DNA of 64,000 nucleotides, taken from contig JBMYOQ010000014.1 in the NCBI GenBank assembly GCA_049599475.1, positions 14,826-78,825 on the forward strand, written 5' to 3'. The stretch is from Opitutales bacterium. Its GTDB lineage: Bacteria > Verrucomicrobiota > Verrucomicrobiia > Opitutales > JABSRG01. The translations under genes and the position numbers were made by a program. Of this stretch, positions 10,257-19,598 are shown one piece after another; position 1 is the first letter of the stretch, and each line of letters opens with the position of its first letter. The notes under the pieces are model-generated. The model saw nothing but the letters and a program-made list of their open reading frames with translations. It was not told where the DNA came from and did no database searches.

Positions 10257-12017
10257 ATGACTGAGCAGAAAAAAGAGGCGAATTTATGGGTACAGCCATT
10301 GCGGTGGGCGGCGTGTTTGGCTTCGCTGTCATTTATTTGTATTGCTTTATCCCTAATTCCGACTGGTGCGCTTCCAGAGGATGCATTGGAAGGGCAGGGG
10401 CATTGGAGTTCGCTCTTGCCGCCTCTTGTGGCCGTTGTGGTGGCCATCTGTTTCCGCTCACTGGTTGTCGCGCTGAGCCTTGCGTTTGTCACGGGTGCGC
10501 TCCTTCACTTCGGGCCGAATCCCGTAGTATTCATTCCAGGAGCGTTCAAAGACTTTTTGATCGCGAATATTCTTGGGCAGTTTTCGCTTTATATTTTCGG
10601 GTTCTTGTTCGCGCTCGTGGGTATGGTGCATGTGCTCTACAAGAGTGGCGGAATCCAGGGTTTGGCGTCCATTTTCATGCGTGTCGCGAAGAGCACGCGG
10701 TCTGCAAAAATGGCAACTTTTGGAGCAGGTTTGATGATCTTCTTCGATGACTATTCGAATACCGTAGTCGTGGGGCAGACGATGCGTAGCCTCACAGACC
10801 GTTTTAAGATTTCGAGGGAGAAACTGGCCTACATTGTCGATTCTACCACTGCGCCCGTGGCTGGATTGGCGCTGATTTCGAGTTGGATTGCCTTTGAAGT
10901 ATGGTTGCTCGGCTCGACAGCTCAGGACCTAGGCATCGAAACGGGAGGCTATGAGATATTTGTGCAGATGCTTCCAGTTCGTTTCTATTGCTGGGGCACT
11001 CTGATTTTCATTTTTATAAACATCATGACACGCCGGGATTTTGGGCCGATGCTGAAGGCGGAGCGGCGCGCGCGGACTACCGGAGCCATCATTGCGGAGG
11101 ATGCGCGACCTCTATTGCGCGAAAACAGTGAACGACTCGATCCGCCGGAAGACACTCCCCATCGTTGGATCAATGCTGCTGCGCCATTGTTCACCGTCAT
11201 GGTAGGGCTAGTTGGTGGTATCCTTTTTGTTGGGGCGAGTCGCTTGATTCGTGATGGTGTCGAGCCCGACTTTTTTAGTGCGGCGGGCTTGCGAGATATT
11301 TTCGGAATCACGGTCTACGATCCGAGTCTTCCAGAAGGCGGGCCTGGTGTGCCGCTGATTCTCTTTTGGGCGGCAGTTGCCGGTGGCGTGCTCGCTATCG
11401 TAATGCCGGTAGCGCAACGAATACTGAAAGCTAAGGAAGCGGTGTATGCCTATGCGGGTTCGATTCCGACTCTGGCCGTCACTCTATTCATTCTGCCGAT
11501 GGCTTGGGCGATGAAATCGATCTGCGATGCATTAGGCACCAGCTACTATCTGCTCTCGCTGGTCGGAGATGCGCTTCCGCTCGCTGCGGTGCCCCTGCTG
11601 ACATTTATTCTGGCTGCAGGTATGGCGATGGCCATGGGCACGAGCTGGGGGACCATGGGAGTGATGATCCCCATTATGCTGCCCTTTGCGTGGACCCTGG
11701 GCATGGAGGACCCTGCGCAGATGGCTATCTTTGTTCTTACGGCAGCGGCGGTGCTCGACGGGGCGATTTTTGGTGATCATTGTAGTCCTATCTCGGATAC
11801 GACTGTGCTCTCGTCTTTGGCTACAGGCAGTGACCATATCCACCACGTCGCTACGCAGCTTCCCTATGCGGTAACGACGATGGTGATTGCTAGTGTGTTT
11901 GGCTACACACTTGTAGCATTTAGCGGAATGAATTCTTTGGTATACTTTGGACTGTTCCCGATTGCTGCATGGGTCGTTTTCCGACTCATTGGACGTCAAG
12001 TCGGGGAGGCCCGTTAG
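10257..12017 (+). CDS. NhaC-family Na+/H+ antiporter or amino-acid transporter
   Basis: [30 protein letters not shown] and [19 protein letters not shown] motifs; multi-TM. Confidence 0.88.
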   Translation: MTEQKKEANLWVQPLRWAACLASLSFICIALSLIPTGALPEDALEGQGHWSSLLPPLVAVVVAICFRSLVVALSLAFVTGALLHFGPNPVVFIPGAFKDFLIANILGQFSLYIFGFLFALVGMVHVLYKSGGIQGLASIFMRVAKSTRSAKMATFGAGLMIFFDDYSNTVVVGQTMRSLTDRFKISREKLAYIVDSTTAPVAGLALISSWIAFEVWLLGSTAQDLGIETGGYEIFVQMLPVRFYCWGTLIFIFINIMTRRDFGPMLKAERRARTTGAIIAEDARPLLRENSERLDPPEDTPHRWINAAAPLFTVMVGLVGGILFVGASRLIRDGVEPDFFSAAGLRDIFGITVYDPSLPEGGPGVPLILFWAAVAGGVLAIVMPVAQRILKAKEAVYAYAGSIPTLAVTLFILPMAWAMKSICDALGTSYYLLSLVGDALPLAAVPLLTFILAAGMAMAMGTSWGTMGVMIPIMLPFAWTLGMEDPAQMAIFVLTAAAVLDGAIFGDHCSPISDTTVLSSLATGSDHIHHVATQLPYAVTTMVIASVFGYTLVAFSGMNSLVYFGLFPIAAWVVFRLIGRQVGEAR

Positions 12018-12087
12018 GGTGGCATGGAGGCAAAATTCCTATGTTTTTGAAATAAAACGAGGCGTTCGTGCCTTATATGGGTATAAT

Positions 12088-12663
12088 ATGACCATGAAAC
12101 CATTCACGCGATTGAAAACCCCACGAATCGGTAAGCTCCTAGCTCTGCCGACTCTCATCATTCTCGCGCTTCTTTACCTCCAACCCTTGTCCATGATTGG
12201 AGGCGAAGGCGAAAGCCCCTTGCCGGATGAAAAGAAGGCCGAGCTCCGCGAGCGCCTAACGGACATGCAGTACAAAGTAACGATTCAAAACGGAACAGAG
12301 CCTCCATTTCGAAACAAGTATTGGAACAATAAGGAGCCCGGTATCTACGTTTGCATCATTTCGGACAAACCCCTTTTTAGCTCAACTGACAAGTTTAAGA
12401 GCGGCACCGGATGGCCCAGTTTTACGAAGCCAATCGAGGGTGGTGCGGTGAGCACAAAGCAGGATTTTTCGCATGGCATGGTGCGCACCGAAGTGCGGAC
12501 TGGAGATGATATCTCGCATCTCGGACACGTCTTTAAAGATGGCCCGGCCCCAACGGGTCTGCGCTACTGTATCAACTCAGCTTCTCTGAAATTCATTCCG
12601 GCGAGTGAGCTAGAAGAAAAAGGCTTTGGAGAATTCGCCTCCCTGTTTGCAGATACTAAGTGA
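12088..12663 (+). CDS. msrB: Peptide methionine-R-sulfoxide reductase with N-terminal export/anchor segment
   Basis: [38 protein letters not shown]; start placed at ATG 12088 (or 12094). Confidence 0.93.
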   Translation: MTMKPFTRLKTPRIGKLLALPTLIILALLYLQPLSMIGGEGESPLPDEKKAELRERLTDMQYKVTIQNGTEPPFRNKYWNNKEPGIYVCIISDKPLFSSTDKFKSGTGWPSFTKPIEGGAVSTKQDFSHGMVRTEVRTGDDISHLGHVFKDGPAPTGLRYCINSASLKFIPASELEEKGFGEFASLFADTK

Positions 12664-12688
12664 TTCAGGGCATTGATTGTTGAGGTTC

Positions 12689-13612
12689 CTAAACCGTTCC
12701 TCGAGATCGTGACCAAAGGGCGGCCAAGGACGGTCCAGTGATGTTGTGCCAGGCCGAGAATAGGGCGGCTGGCACTGCTGCTTCTGGTGAAAAATGAGCT
12801 ACGGCCAGCGCGGCAGCTAGGCCCGAGTTTTGCATGCCTATTTCAATGGCAAGGGTGCGCCGTTGGGGAATATCGAGACGTGTTGCCTTGCCTAGGCCGT
12901 AGCCCAATCCCAGTCCTGCGCAATTGTGCAACACCACGCCCGCGATGACTAACCACCCGATGGACGCGAGAGTCGCTGAGGATCGTCCAATGACTGCGCC
13001 CACAATCAGGGTTATAAATACGATAGATATAACGGGGAGGATATCGTTGAGCCGTTGAAGCCATTTTCCTAAAAAATGCTGCGCAAGCACACCGAGTATA
13101 ACGGGTATCAGGACGATTTGAGCGATCGCCCAGAACAAGGACGCAGCATCTGTCTGCATCCAAGAGCCTGCGATTAAGAGTATGATCGTAGGTGTGATGA
13201 TCGGAGCGAGCAGAGTGGATGCCGTGGTCATCGCCACGGACAGCGCGACATCTGCTCTCGCGAGATATGCGATGACATTGGATGCGGTCCCGCCTGGGCA
13301 AGCCCCAAGGAGAATGAATCCGATTGCTAGCTCTGGCCCAAAACCAAAGGCGCGAGCAATGATCCATGCCAGGAGCGGCATAATGATGAATTGTCCGAGG
13401 AGGCCAATAGCGACTGCCTGGGGTTTCTGTATAATGCGCTTTAGGTTTTCCAGTTGAAGCGTGGAGCCCATGCCGAACATGATTATGCCGAGCCCTAGCT
13501 TGATGTGCGGCAAAATAAAAGTGAAGGTATCTGGCCTCTGAAAAGCCACCAGGCCCGCGGCGATGGCCCATATGGGGAAACTCAGTGAAAAGAAATGATT
13601 GAGGGTCTTCAT
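12689..13612 (-). CDS. Bile acid:sodium symporter (BASS) family transporter
   Basis: IMFGMG, GACPGGTASNVIAYLA, IEIGMQNSGLA, FSAWHNITG. Confidence 0.92.
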   Translation of the reverse strand: MKTLNHFFSLSFPIWAIAAGLVAFQRPDTFTFILPHIKLGLGIIMFGMGSTLQLENLKRIIQKPQAVAIGLLGQFIIMPLLAWIIARAFGFGPELAIGFILLGACPGGTASNVIAYLARADVALSVAMTTASTLLAPIITPTIILLIAGSWMQTDAASLFWAIAQIVLIPVILGVLAQHFLGKWLQRLNDILPVISIVFITLIVGAVIGRSSATLASIGWLVIAGVVLHNCAGLGLGYGLGKATRLDIPQRRTLAIEIGMQNSGLAAALAVAHFSPEAAVPAALFSAWHNITGPSLAALWSRSRGTV

Positions 13613-13981
13613 GAATCAGGTCCGAGCAGACTGCTAGACGGCCAGTGTCAGTCGCTTCGTCGGACAGGTGTATTCAAGTGCATTTAATTTTGCACGTTCC
13701 ATTTCGCCAATTGCCACCTTCGGAGTGAAACGGAGAGCTCTCGAGATTTTGCTGCGCCCCATCTGTGCCTTGGACCCGCGATCGCCCATTCACCGGAATT
13801 CATTGTATCGAGGTTTGCAGTGTGGGTTTGAAAGGTCAGTTGAGGGCTGATTGGAGACCGAGTTTGGAATTCCAATTCATTTAGGCCTCGGCCCTGCTTG
13901 ACGGCTCTTCGCATTTTTTTAACAATTATGGTTTCTTGGACTGGCCTTTATGGGCTCCTCGAAATTGAATATTCGAATCAG

Positions 13982-14971
13982 ATGGAAACCGAAGCCTCAC
14001 TCAACGAAACATGGGACGCGCTCAGAGCATTCATCCTGGATGGACCGTGCGCGGCTATGCCATTGCGTGATTTGGAAAAGGACACGAATACGAGGCCAGT
14101 ATTCAGCGGATCGAAAAAGCGGGTAGGCACTGCGGGGACCTACGCGGAAATGAGCTATGAAGAATTGTGCGAGCACCCGGAATTCGTTAAAAGCCCCGAT
14201 CGAGTCAGCCGGTTGATCCGTCTCTTCAAGGGAATTGCATCCTTTGACATGCCCCTCGAGGGGATCTCAAAAAAAGTGGGTCGCAGAAGTATTAATATTT
14301 TCAAGATCCTGAACAACCTCAGGGATATCCAGGTTGATCCGGATCTTCCCCCTAGATTTTTGACTGTTTCCTCGACTCTGGAGAACCTGATAAAAGCAAA
14401 AGGTGTTACCTCGCTGAAAAATGTGTTTTCCATTTCCTCTGGCCTCTCCGAGGCCGCAATGAAACTTCATGAACTCGGGGATCTCGAGGGTGCTTTCCTC
14501 TCAGGCAGCCCAGAACGCATAGGGAAATACCTGCCGCTTAATCCGAGCGGTAAAGGCATAAGTCTCCAAGCGATCATGGCGAGATTCATGCAATCTCACG
14601 CGAGGGAACCCAATGCTCTGCCAGCCTTGGCTCGGGGGCTAGGGATGAAAACGAAACAGCATTCCCATATCGCTCCGGCTCCTCTGCAATTGATCGGAAC
14701 GTTCATCGTCGAGTGCACAGATTACTACGCGGCTGCAGTGGAGTTTTTTCCCGCTGAAGCAGAGGAGCTATCTTCGGTGATCCAGGATAGGACAACCTTC
14801 GACTCATCGGTGCGATTCATTGAGGACCCATATCAAAAATATTTACTGCACTACATTCTTTGCAGGTATTACGGGCAGGCTTTTCCCGCTCACCAAAGTG
14901 AAGGTCTTTTTGCGATCGGCAAGGCTGTGAACGGTCTCAAGCAGATGGCATCGGGGCTTTTTCAAAAATAG
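13982..14971 (+). CDS. Hypothetical cytoplasmic protein
   Basis: Long uninterrupted ORF filling the gap; start likely ATG 13982 (METEAS); no confidently recognised family. Confidence 0.7.
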   Translation: METEASLNETWDALRAFILDGPCAAMPLRDLEKDTNTRPVFSGSKKRVGTAGTYAEMSYEELCEHPEFVKSPDRVSRLIRLFKGIASFDMPLEGISKKVGRRSINIFKILNNLRDIQVDPDLPPRFLTVSSTLENLIKAKGVTSLKNVFSISSGLSEAAMKLHELGDLEGAFLSGSPERIGKYLPLNPSGKGISLQAIMARFMQSHAREPNALPALARGLGMKTKQHSHIAPAPLQLIGTFIVECTDYYAAAVEFFPAEAEELSSVIQDRTTFDSSVRFIEDPYQKYLLHYILCRYYGQAFPAHQSEGLFAIGKAVNGLKQMASGLFQK

Positions 14972-15088
14972 ATCAAGGCAGATGGCGTGAGGGGGCGGTT
15001 GGCTTTCGGAGGCTCCCCATGGCATATCGAATGCTGGTGTTTGGGGCGCTAAGAGGTTTTGGTATTTAAGATATAATGCAACAAGCCT

Positions 15089-15835
15089 GTGAAACTGATC
15101 CAATACGTATCCTTTATCATACTTCTATCGCTTTCCGTCCAAGCAGAATATCGTATTCTTGCTTTTGGCGATTCGAATACTTGGGGGTGGAAGCCAGATG
15201 GATCGGGGACTCGCTTTTCCGATGATGAGCGCTGGGCGGGAGTGTTGCAGGAGCGGCTCGGTGAAGAATATGCTGTCATAGTCGATGGCCTTGTGGCGTG
15301 CCGCACAAATATCGATGGGTTGGATGCGGGGCCCATTGATGGTTCCTTTTTAAACGGCGCCAAGACGCTCCCTGCGGCCTTGGCGCGGAATGCGCCCCTC
15401 GACTTACTTATCATTTTCCTTGGAACCAATGACGTCCAGTTAGGGGCCGAGCGCGCGGCGAATGAGGTGGCTTCGGCTGTTGGAGAACTCGTTGATCTCG
15501 CGAAAGGAGCGGAATCTTTACTCCACAGCAGCTACTCGGCTCCTCGCGAAGTCTGGGTTGTGGTTCCTCCGCCTCTTGGCGACCTCGCGGGCACCCCGCT
15601 CGAAGCGCTCTTCTCTCCCGGGTACGAGGCATCGCAACAATTTGAAGCGGCTTTTCAGAATTTGTCCAATGAGCGGGGTATTCGCATCTTCAGTTTTGAG
15701 GCACTAGAAGGATTAGCAACGGGAGCCGATGGCATTCATTTGACGCTGGAAGCTCACAAGTTTCTGGGTAATCACATTGCGGATACATTGGACGCAGATC
15801 GATCTGGAATGGCGCTGCCTGTAGAGAAGAAATAG
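15089..15835 (+). CDS. Secreted SGNH/GDSL hydrolase (arylesterase/acyltransferase-like)
   Basis: GDSNTWG block I, LGTND block III, DGIH block V; signal peptide; GTG start. Confidence 0.92.
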   Translation: MKLIQYVSFIILLSLSVQAEYRILAFGDSNTWGWKPDGSGTRFSDDERWAGVLQERLGEEYAVIVDGLVACRTNIDGLDAGPIDGSFLNGAKTLPAALARNAPLDLLIIFLGTNDVQLGAERAANEVASAVGELVDLAKGAESLLHSSYSAPREVWVVVPPPLGDLAGTPLEALFSPGYEASQQFEAAFQNLSNERGIRIFSFEALEGLATGADGIHLTLEAHKFLGNHIADTLDADRSGMALPVEKK

Positions 15836-15956
15836 GGTAGCGCCATTCGACCGATCCTCAGCCCCTGTCTGAGTAGGTTTAGATGTCTGTGCCCGGTAGC
15901 ATGTTTAACCCGGATTATGCATTAGATCATGGCTCCGAGCTGGAATCTGTTAGTCC

Positions 15957-18086
15957 TCAGAATAACTGCTTGAAGAGATAAGTATACTCGAGGGCTATTC
16001 GCTTGGCGCGTTCTGTTTGATTGGCTGCTGCGGAATGACCTCCGTCGATATTCTCGTAGTAGTAAAAGGGGAGGTCGGCTTGTTCGAAAAGAGCGCCCAT
16101 TTTGCGTGCGTGTCCGGGGTGGACGCGATCGTCTTTGGTCGATGTAACAAAGAAGGGAGTCGGATAGTTTTTTTCTTCCGGTGCGAAATTATGCACGGGC
16201 GAAATTTTTTCGAGGAAGGCGCGCTCTTCGGGGACCTCTGGCGAGCCATACTCATCGACCCAGCTCGCTCCAGCAAGCAGAAGGTGGTAACGCAGCATGT
16301 CGAGTAGTGGAACTTGCACGACAACCGCGTTCCACAAATCGGGTCGCTGGTTCAGCATCACCCCCATGAGGAGGCCTCCATTTGAGCCGCCCATAATTCC
16401 TAATTTCTTTGGGCTTGTGATTTTGCGTTCAATGAGGTCCTCCGCAACCGCGATAAAATCATCATAAATACGCTGGCGGTTTGTCTTTAGTCCCGCCTGG
16501 TGCCAAGCCGGGCCGAACTCACCACCCCCGCGTATATTCGCTAATACGTAGGCTCCGCCTTGCTCAAGCCACAGTTTACCTACCGTTGCGCGGTAGTGGG
16601 GGCGCAAGGATACTTGAAAGCCCCCATAGGCATAGAGCAATGTAGGAGTCGTGCCATCGAAGGGAATGTCCTTATTGCGCACTACAAAATAGGGGATTTG
16701 CGTCCCATCTTGGGAGGGGACGAAGTGTTGCTCTACGACTAATTTAGAGGCGTCGAATTTTTCGGGGATCTCTTTTAGGGGTGTAATGTTTTGGTGCTCA
16801 ACACTGTATTCAAGGACCGAGTCGGGTGTCAGGAAATCGTCATACCCTACGAATACAGAATCTTCATGCTTATCCGCGAATACCACATAGGCCGTACCCT
16901 CGCCTGGTAATTTTATTTCACTCAATGCCCAACTGTTTTGGGAGTAGTCCAAACGCAAGAGTTTACTGGATACATTTTCGTTTATGGATAGTAGGGCTGC
17001 GCCCTTGGTGATGGATACACCGTTGACGGCTTGAGTCTTGTTTGGACGAAACACTAGGGATACTTCTGGTAGTTTGCCCGACTCCCAAAATTTGCGAAAA
17101 TCGAAGGCGCACAGATCGCCTGCTTTGAGTGCGATTCCCCGGCCTTCAGGGCTCCAGTCTTCGCGTAGTGCGATGAGCATTTGGTCCTCAAACAGTCCCT
17201 CTACGTCGGATTTTTGAGGAAGGGGCCACTTGACGGGTGTTCCGTCTTGAGTGAAATGCCAATGAGTGCTGGTGAAAAATGTATCCGCTTCTGTGGCACA
17301 TTCGACAATATCTCCGTTGGCGAGCTCGAGAACCATTGGCCACACGCCGACATCTGACTTTTGGCCACGATAGAGTTCGATGGCATCGCTTAAGGGTGTA
17401 CCCCGTTTCCAGCGTTTAACGATCATCGGGTAACCAGAATCTGTGAGGGTGTCTTCGCCCCAATCTGTAGCGATGAGCACTGTATCTCGATCGACCCAAG
17501 TGATACCTTGCTTGGCCTCAGGTGTGATAAATCCACCGTCGACGAAGGCCTTGCGCTCCATATCGAACTCTCGATTAATCACCGCATCTTTTCCGCCATC
17601 TGACAGCGAGACTAGATAGACATACTTATCAGCTCCTTTGGGCTTAAAGGACTTAGCTCCTTTGAATACCCAGTTCTTGTTCTCGTCTTTGGCTAGCTGG
17701 TCGAAATCTAGAATTGTCTCCCAGGCGGGCTCCTCATTCGCGTATTCGGCTGCGGGCGTTCTTCGCCAAAGTCCGCGGACATGTGTGGCATCTTGCCAAA
17801 AATTGTAAACAAACCCATCCCTTACGCTACCGTAAGGAATCCGCTCGTTAGACGTTAGAATCTGTTTGGCTGCTGATTCAAAGCCTGGATAGCGAGGGTC
17901 CGCCTGCAGGTCAGCCAAAGAGCGCTCATTGTGCTTGCGCACCCAGGCTAGCGCTTCCTCACCCTCAACCTCCTCGGCCCATAGCATTTCATCAAAACTC
18001 GACATACCATCCTCTTCTTGCGGGCTCTCGGCAGAAACATTGTGCATTAACGAAAAGCAAAGTGAAAAAATCAAAAACCGGCTCAT
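15957..18086 (-). CDS. Secreted prolyl oligopeptidase (peptidase S9A)
   Basis: YGGF, NIRGGGEFGPAWH, GGSNGGLL (Ser), DDRVHP (Asp), GGH (His); signal peptide. Confidence 0.95.
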   Translation of the reverse strand: MSRFLIFSLCFSLMHNVSAESPQEEDGMSSFDEMLWAEEVEGEEALAWVRKHNERSLADLQADPRYPGFESAAKQILTSNERIPYGSVRDGFVYNFWQDATHVRGLWRRTPAAEYANEEPAWETILDFDQLAKDENKNWVFKGAKSFKPKGADKYVYLVSLSDGGKDAVINREFDMERKAFVDGGFITPEAKQGITWVDRDTVLIATDWGEDTLTDSGYPMIVKRWKRGTPLSDAIELYRGQKSDVGVWPMVLELANGDIVECATEADTFFTSTHWHFTQDGTPVKWPLPQKSDVEGLFEDQMLIALREDWSPEGRGIALKAGDLCAFDFRKFWESGKLPEVSLVFRPNKTQAVNGVSITKGAALLSINENVSSKLLRLDYSQNSWALSEIKLPGEGTAYVVFADKHEDSVFVGYDDFLTPDSVLEYSVEHQNITPLKEIPEKFDASKLVVEQHFVPSQDGTQIPYFVVRNKDIPFDGTTPTLLYAYGGFQVSLRPHYRATVGKLWLEQGGAYVLANIRGGGEFGPAWHQAGLKTNRQRIYDDFIAVAEDLIERKITSPKKLGIMGGSNGGLLMGVMLNQRPDLWNAVVVQVPLLDMLRYHLLLAGASWVDEYGSPEVPEERAFLEKISPVHNFAPEEKNYPTPFFVTSTKDDRVHPGHARKMGALFEQADLPFYYYENIDGGHSAAANQTERAKRIALEYTYLFKQLF

Positions 18087-18196
18087 CCGTAAAACCTCTC
18101 CATCCGGTCAATAATTTCCAATCCAAAACGCCTTTTCAGTCTCAATTAGGCGAGGGACTAAGCTACAATTAGTGGAGTGTAATGCAGCGCATCGAA

Positions 18197-18271
<75 letters not shown>

Positions 18272-18313
18272 ATCATCACTCTTCTCCACGGTGGCCGTGT
18301 GAGAAAGCGTCTG

Positions 18314-18342
18314 AGTAAGATTGGTAATCAATGACCTGTCAA
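18314..18342 (-). promoter_or_regulatory. Candidate sigma70 promoter of tRNA-Asn
   Basis: Perfect TTGACA on minus strand at 18337-18342; only a weak -10 (CTTACT) at 17-bp spacing. Confidence 0.4.
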
Positions 18343-18425
18343 ATTATTTTCGGAGAATCGTGTTTTTTCGGTCTAATCGTGCTGATGCGCAGGGCCCGAG
18401 ATGTATTGATGGCCGATAAAGTGGG

Positions 18426-19592
18426 TCAAAACTCGAAAACGATGCCGACTAGCGCGACCGTACGATCGTAGGTGAGCGTTTCGGAGGTGTTGTCTACGAG
18501 TTCGTTTTCGATTTGGGCAAATAGGGTTGATTCGGCGGATTCGAAGAGATCGAGGCTGTATTCGATATCGAATGAGAACTGCCAGGCTTCTTTACTGCGT
18601 TCGGGCTCGTCGATACCATCAGCATCGATTTCTCCGTTATCGAAGCTCCGGTCGACGTATTCGGCCTCAAATGCTGCTTCTAAGGGGCCTTTCTCGTATT
18701 CGATTTCAACGTAGTAATCCTCGGTAGTTTTATCGCTGTAGCCGTCCCCATTATCCGAGCGTTGATCGTGGGATATACCTACCGAGATTTGCCATAGATC
18801 ATTGATCTCGTATGCGATTTGTGCGCCGACCATGATGCTGTCGTATTCGAGATCGGAGCCCGCAATGCGGTCGCCTGACAGATCTTTGATACGGCGGTCG
18901 ACGTAGCTGCGATGATGAAGTTCTAAATCCCCCGAGAGAGTGAATTTGTCGGTGGCGCGATAGCGGATGCGGAAGTCGGATTCGAATTCATGGTAGTCCA
19001 GGCGATCCAGCCCTAAGGCAGCGTAGTCCTCGGTGTAGTTTTTATAGCGGTAGCCATTGTCCCAATAGAGATACCATTTTCGGTCCTTTCGGTATCTGAG
19101 GCCGAAAATGGCATCGTAGGTCCAGCTGTCGTAGCGGTCGCCCACAAGCGTGCCTCGGGAAGCGGCTTCTTCGCCGGTGCGTCGACTTGTGAATGTGCTA
19201 TCGCGATAGACAGCAGAGACTTCGATGTCGCTATCTAGTTCGCCTCCGGACCAGTCATATTCGCCGCTGATTAGTTTTAGCGACGGGTTGATGTTCCAAC
19301 GGTTGGAATCGGATGCATCGGATTCGTAAAATAGGCCCCGGCCGTCTAGGGATAGTTCTATCGCTGCTTCTTTGCCGACGGTGTGTGTGAATGTTTGCTC
19401 AGCTTCGATTTCGGTGAAGAATGCGTTGTCATAACCGTCGTTGAGCTGAAATGGATTGGAGTCGTAGCCCAGTGCTGTGGAGATCTCCGATTCGGATTCC
19501 CAGCCATCACCGATGGCGACGGATTCGGTCGCGATAGCGATCGCGAGACTGAGCGTGGGTGTGAGTGCCTTTTTCGAGATAACAGAATGCAT
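18426..19592 (-). CDS. Outer-membrane beta-barrel protein (resembles polymer-export-associated barrels)
   Basis: Signal peptide; GYDSNP near mature N-terminus; alternating aromatic/polar strands throughout; C-terminal Phe strand VALVGIVFEF. Confidence 0.8.
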   Translation of the reverse strand: MHSVISKKALTPTLSLAIAIATESVAIGDGWESESEISTALGYDSNPFQLNDGYDNAFFTEIEAEQTFTHTVGKEAAIELSLDGRGLFYESDASDSNRWNINPSLKLISGEYDWSGGELDSDIEVSAVYRDSTFTSRRTGEEAASRGTLVGDRYDSWTYDAIFGLRYRKDRKWYLYWDNGYRYKNYTEDYAALGLDRLDYHEFESDFRIRYRATDKFTLSGDLELHHRSYVDRRIKDLSGDRIAGSDLEYDSIMVGAQIAYEINDLWQISVGISHDQRSDNGDGYSDKTTEDYYVEIEYEKGPLEAAFEAEYVDRSFDNGEIDADGIDEPERSKEAWQFSFDIEYSLDLFESAESTLFAQIENELVDNTSETLTYDRTVALVGIVFEF

Positions 19593-19598
19593 GACGTC

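Noticed and set aside
13620..13980. Possible ncRNA or small ORF in the BASS / hypothetical divergent gap
   Set aside because: No riboswitch consensus or convincing ORF recognised by eye
14937..14986. Short direct repeat tcaa(g)gcagatggc straddling the stop of the 13982-14971 ORF
   Set aside because: Only about 13 bp with an indel and nothing inserted between the copies; compatible with chance or a local micro-duplication
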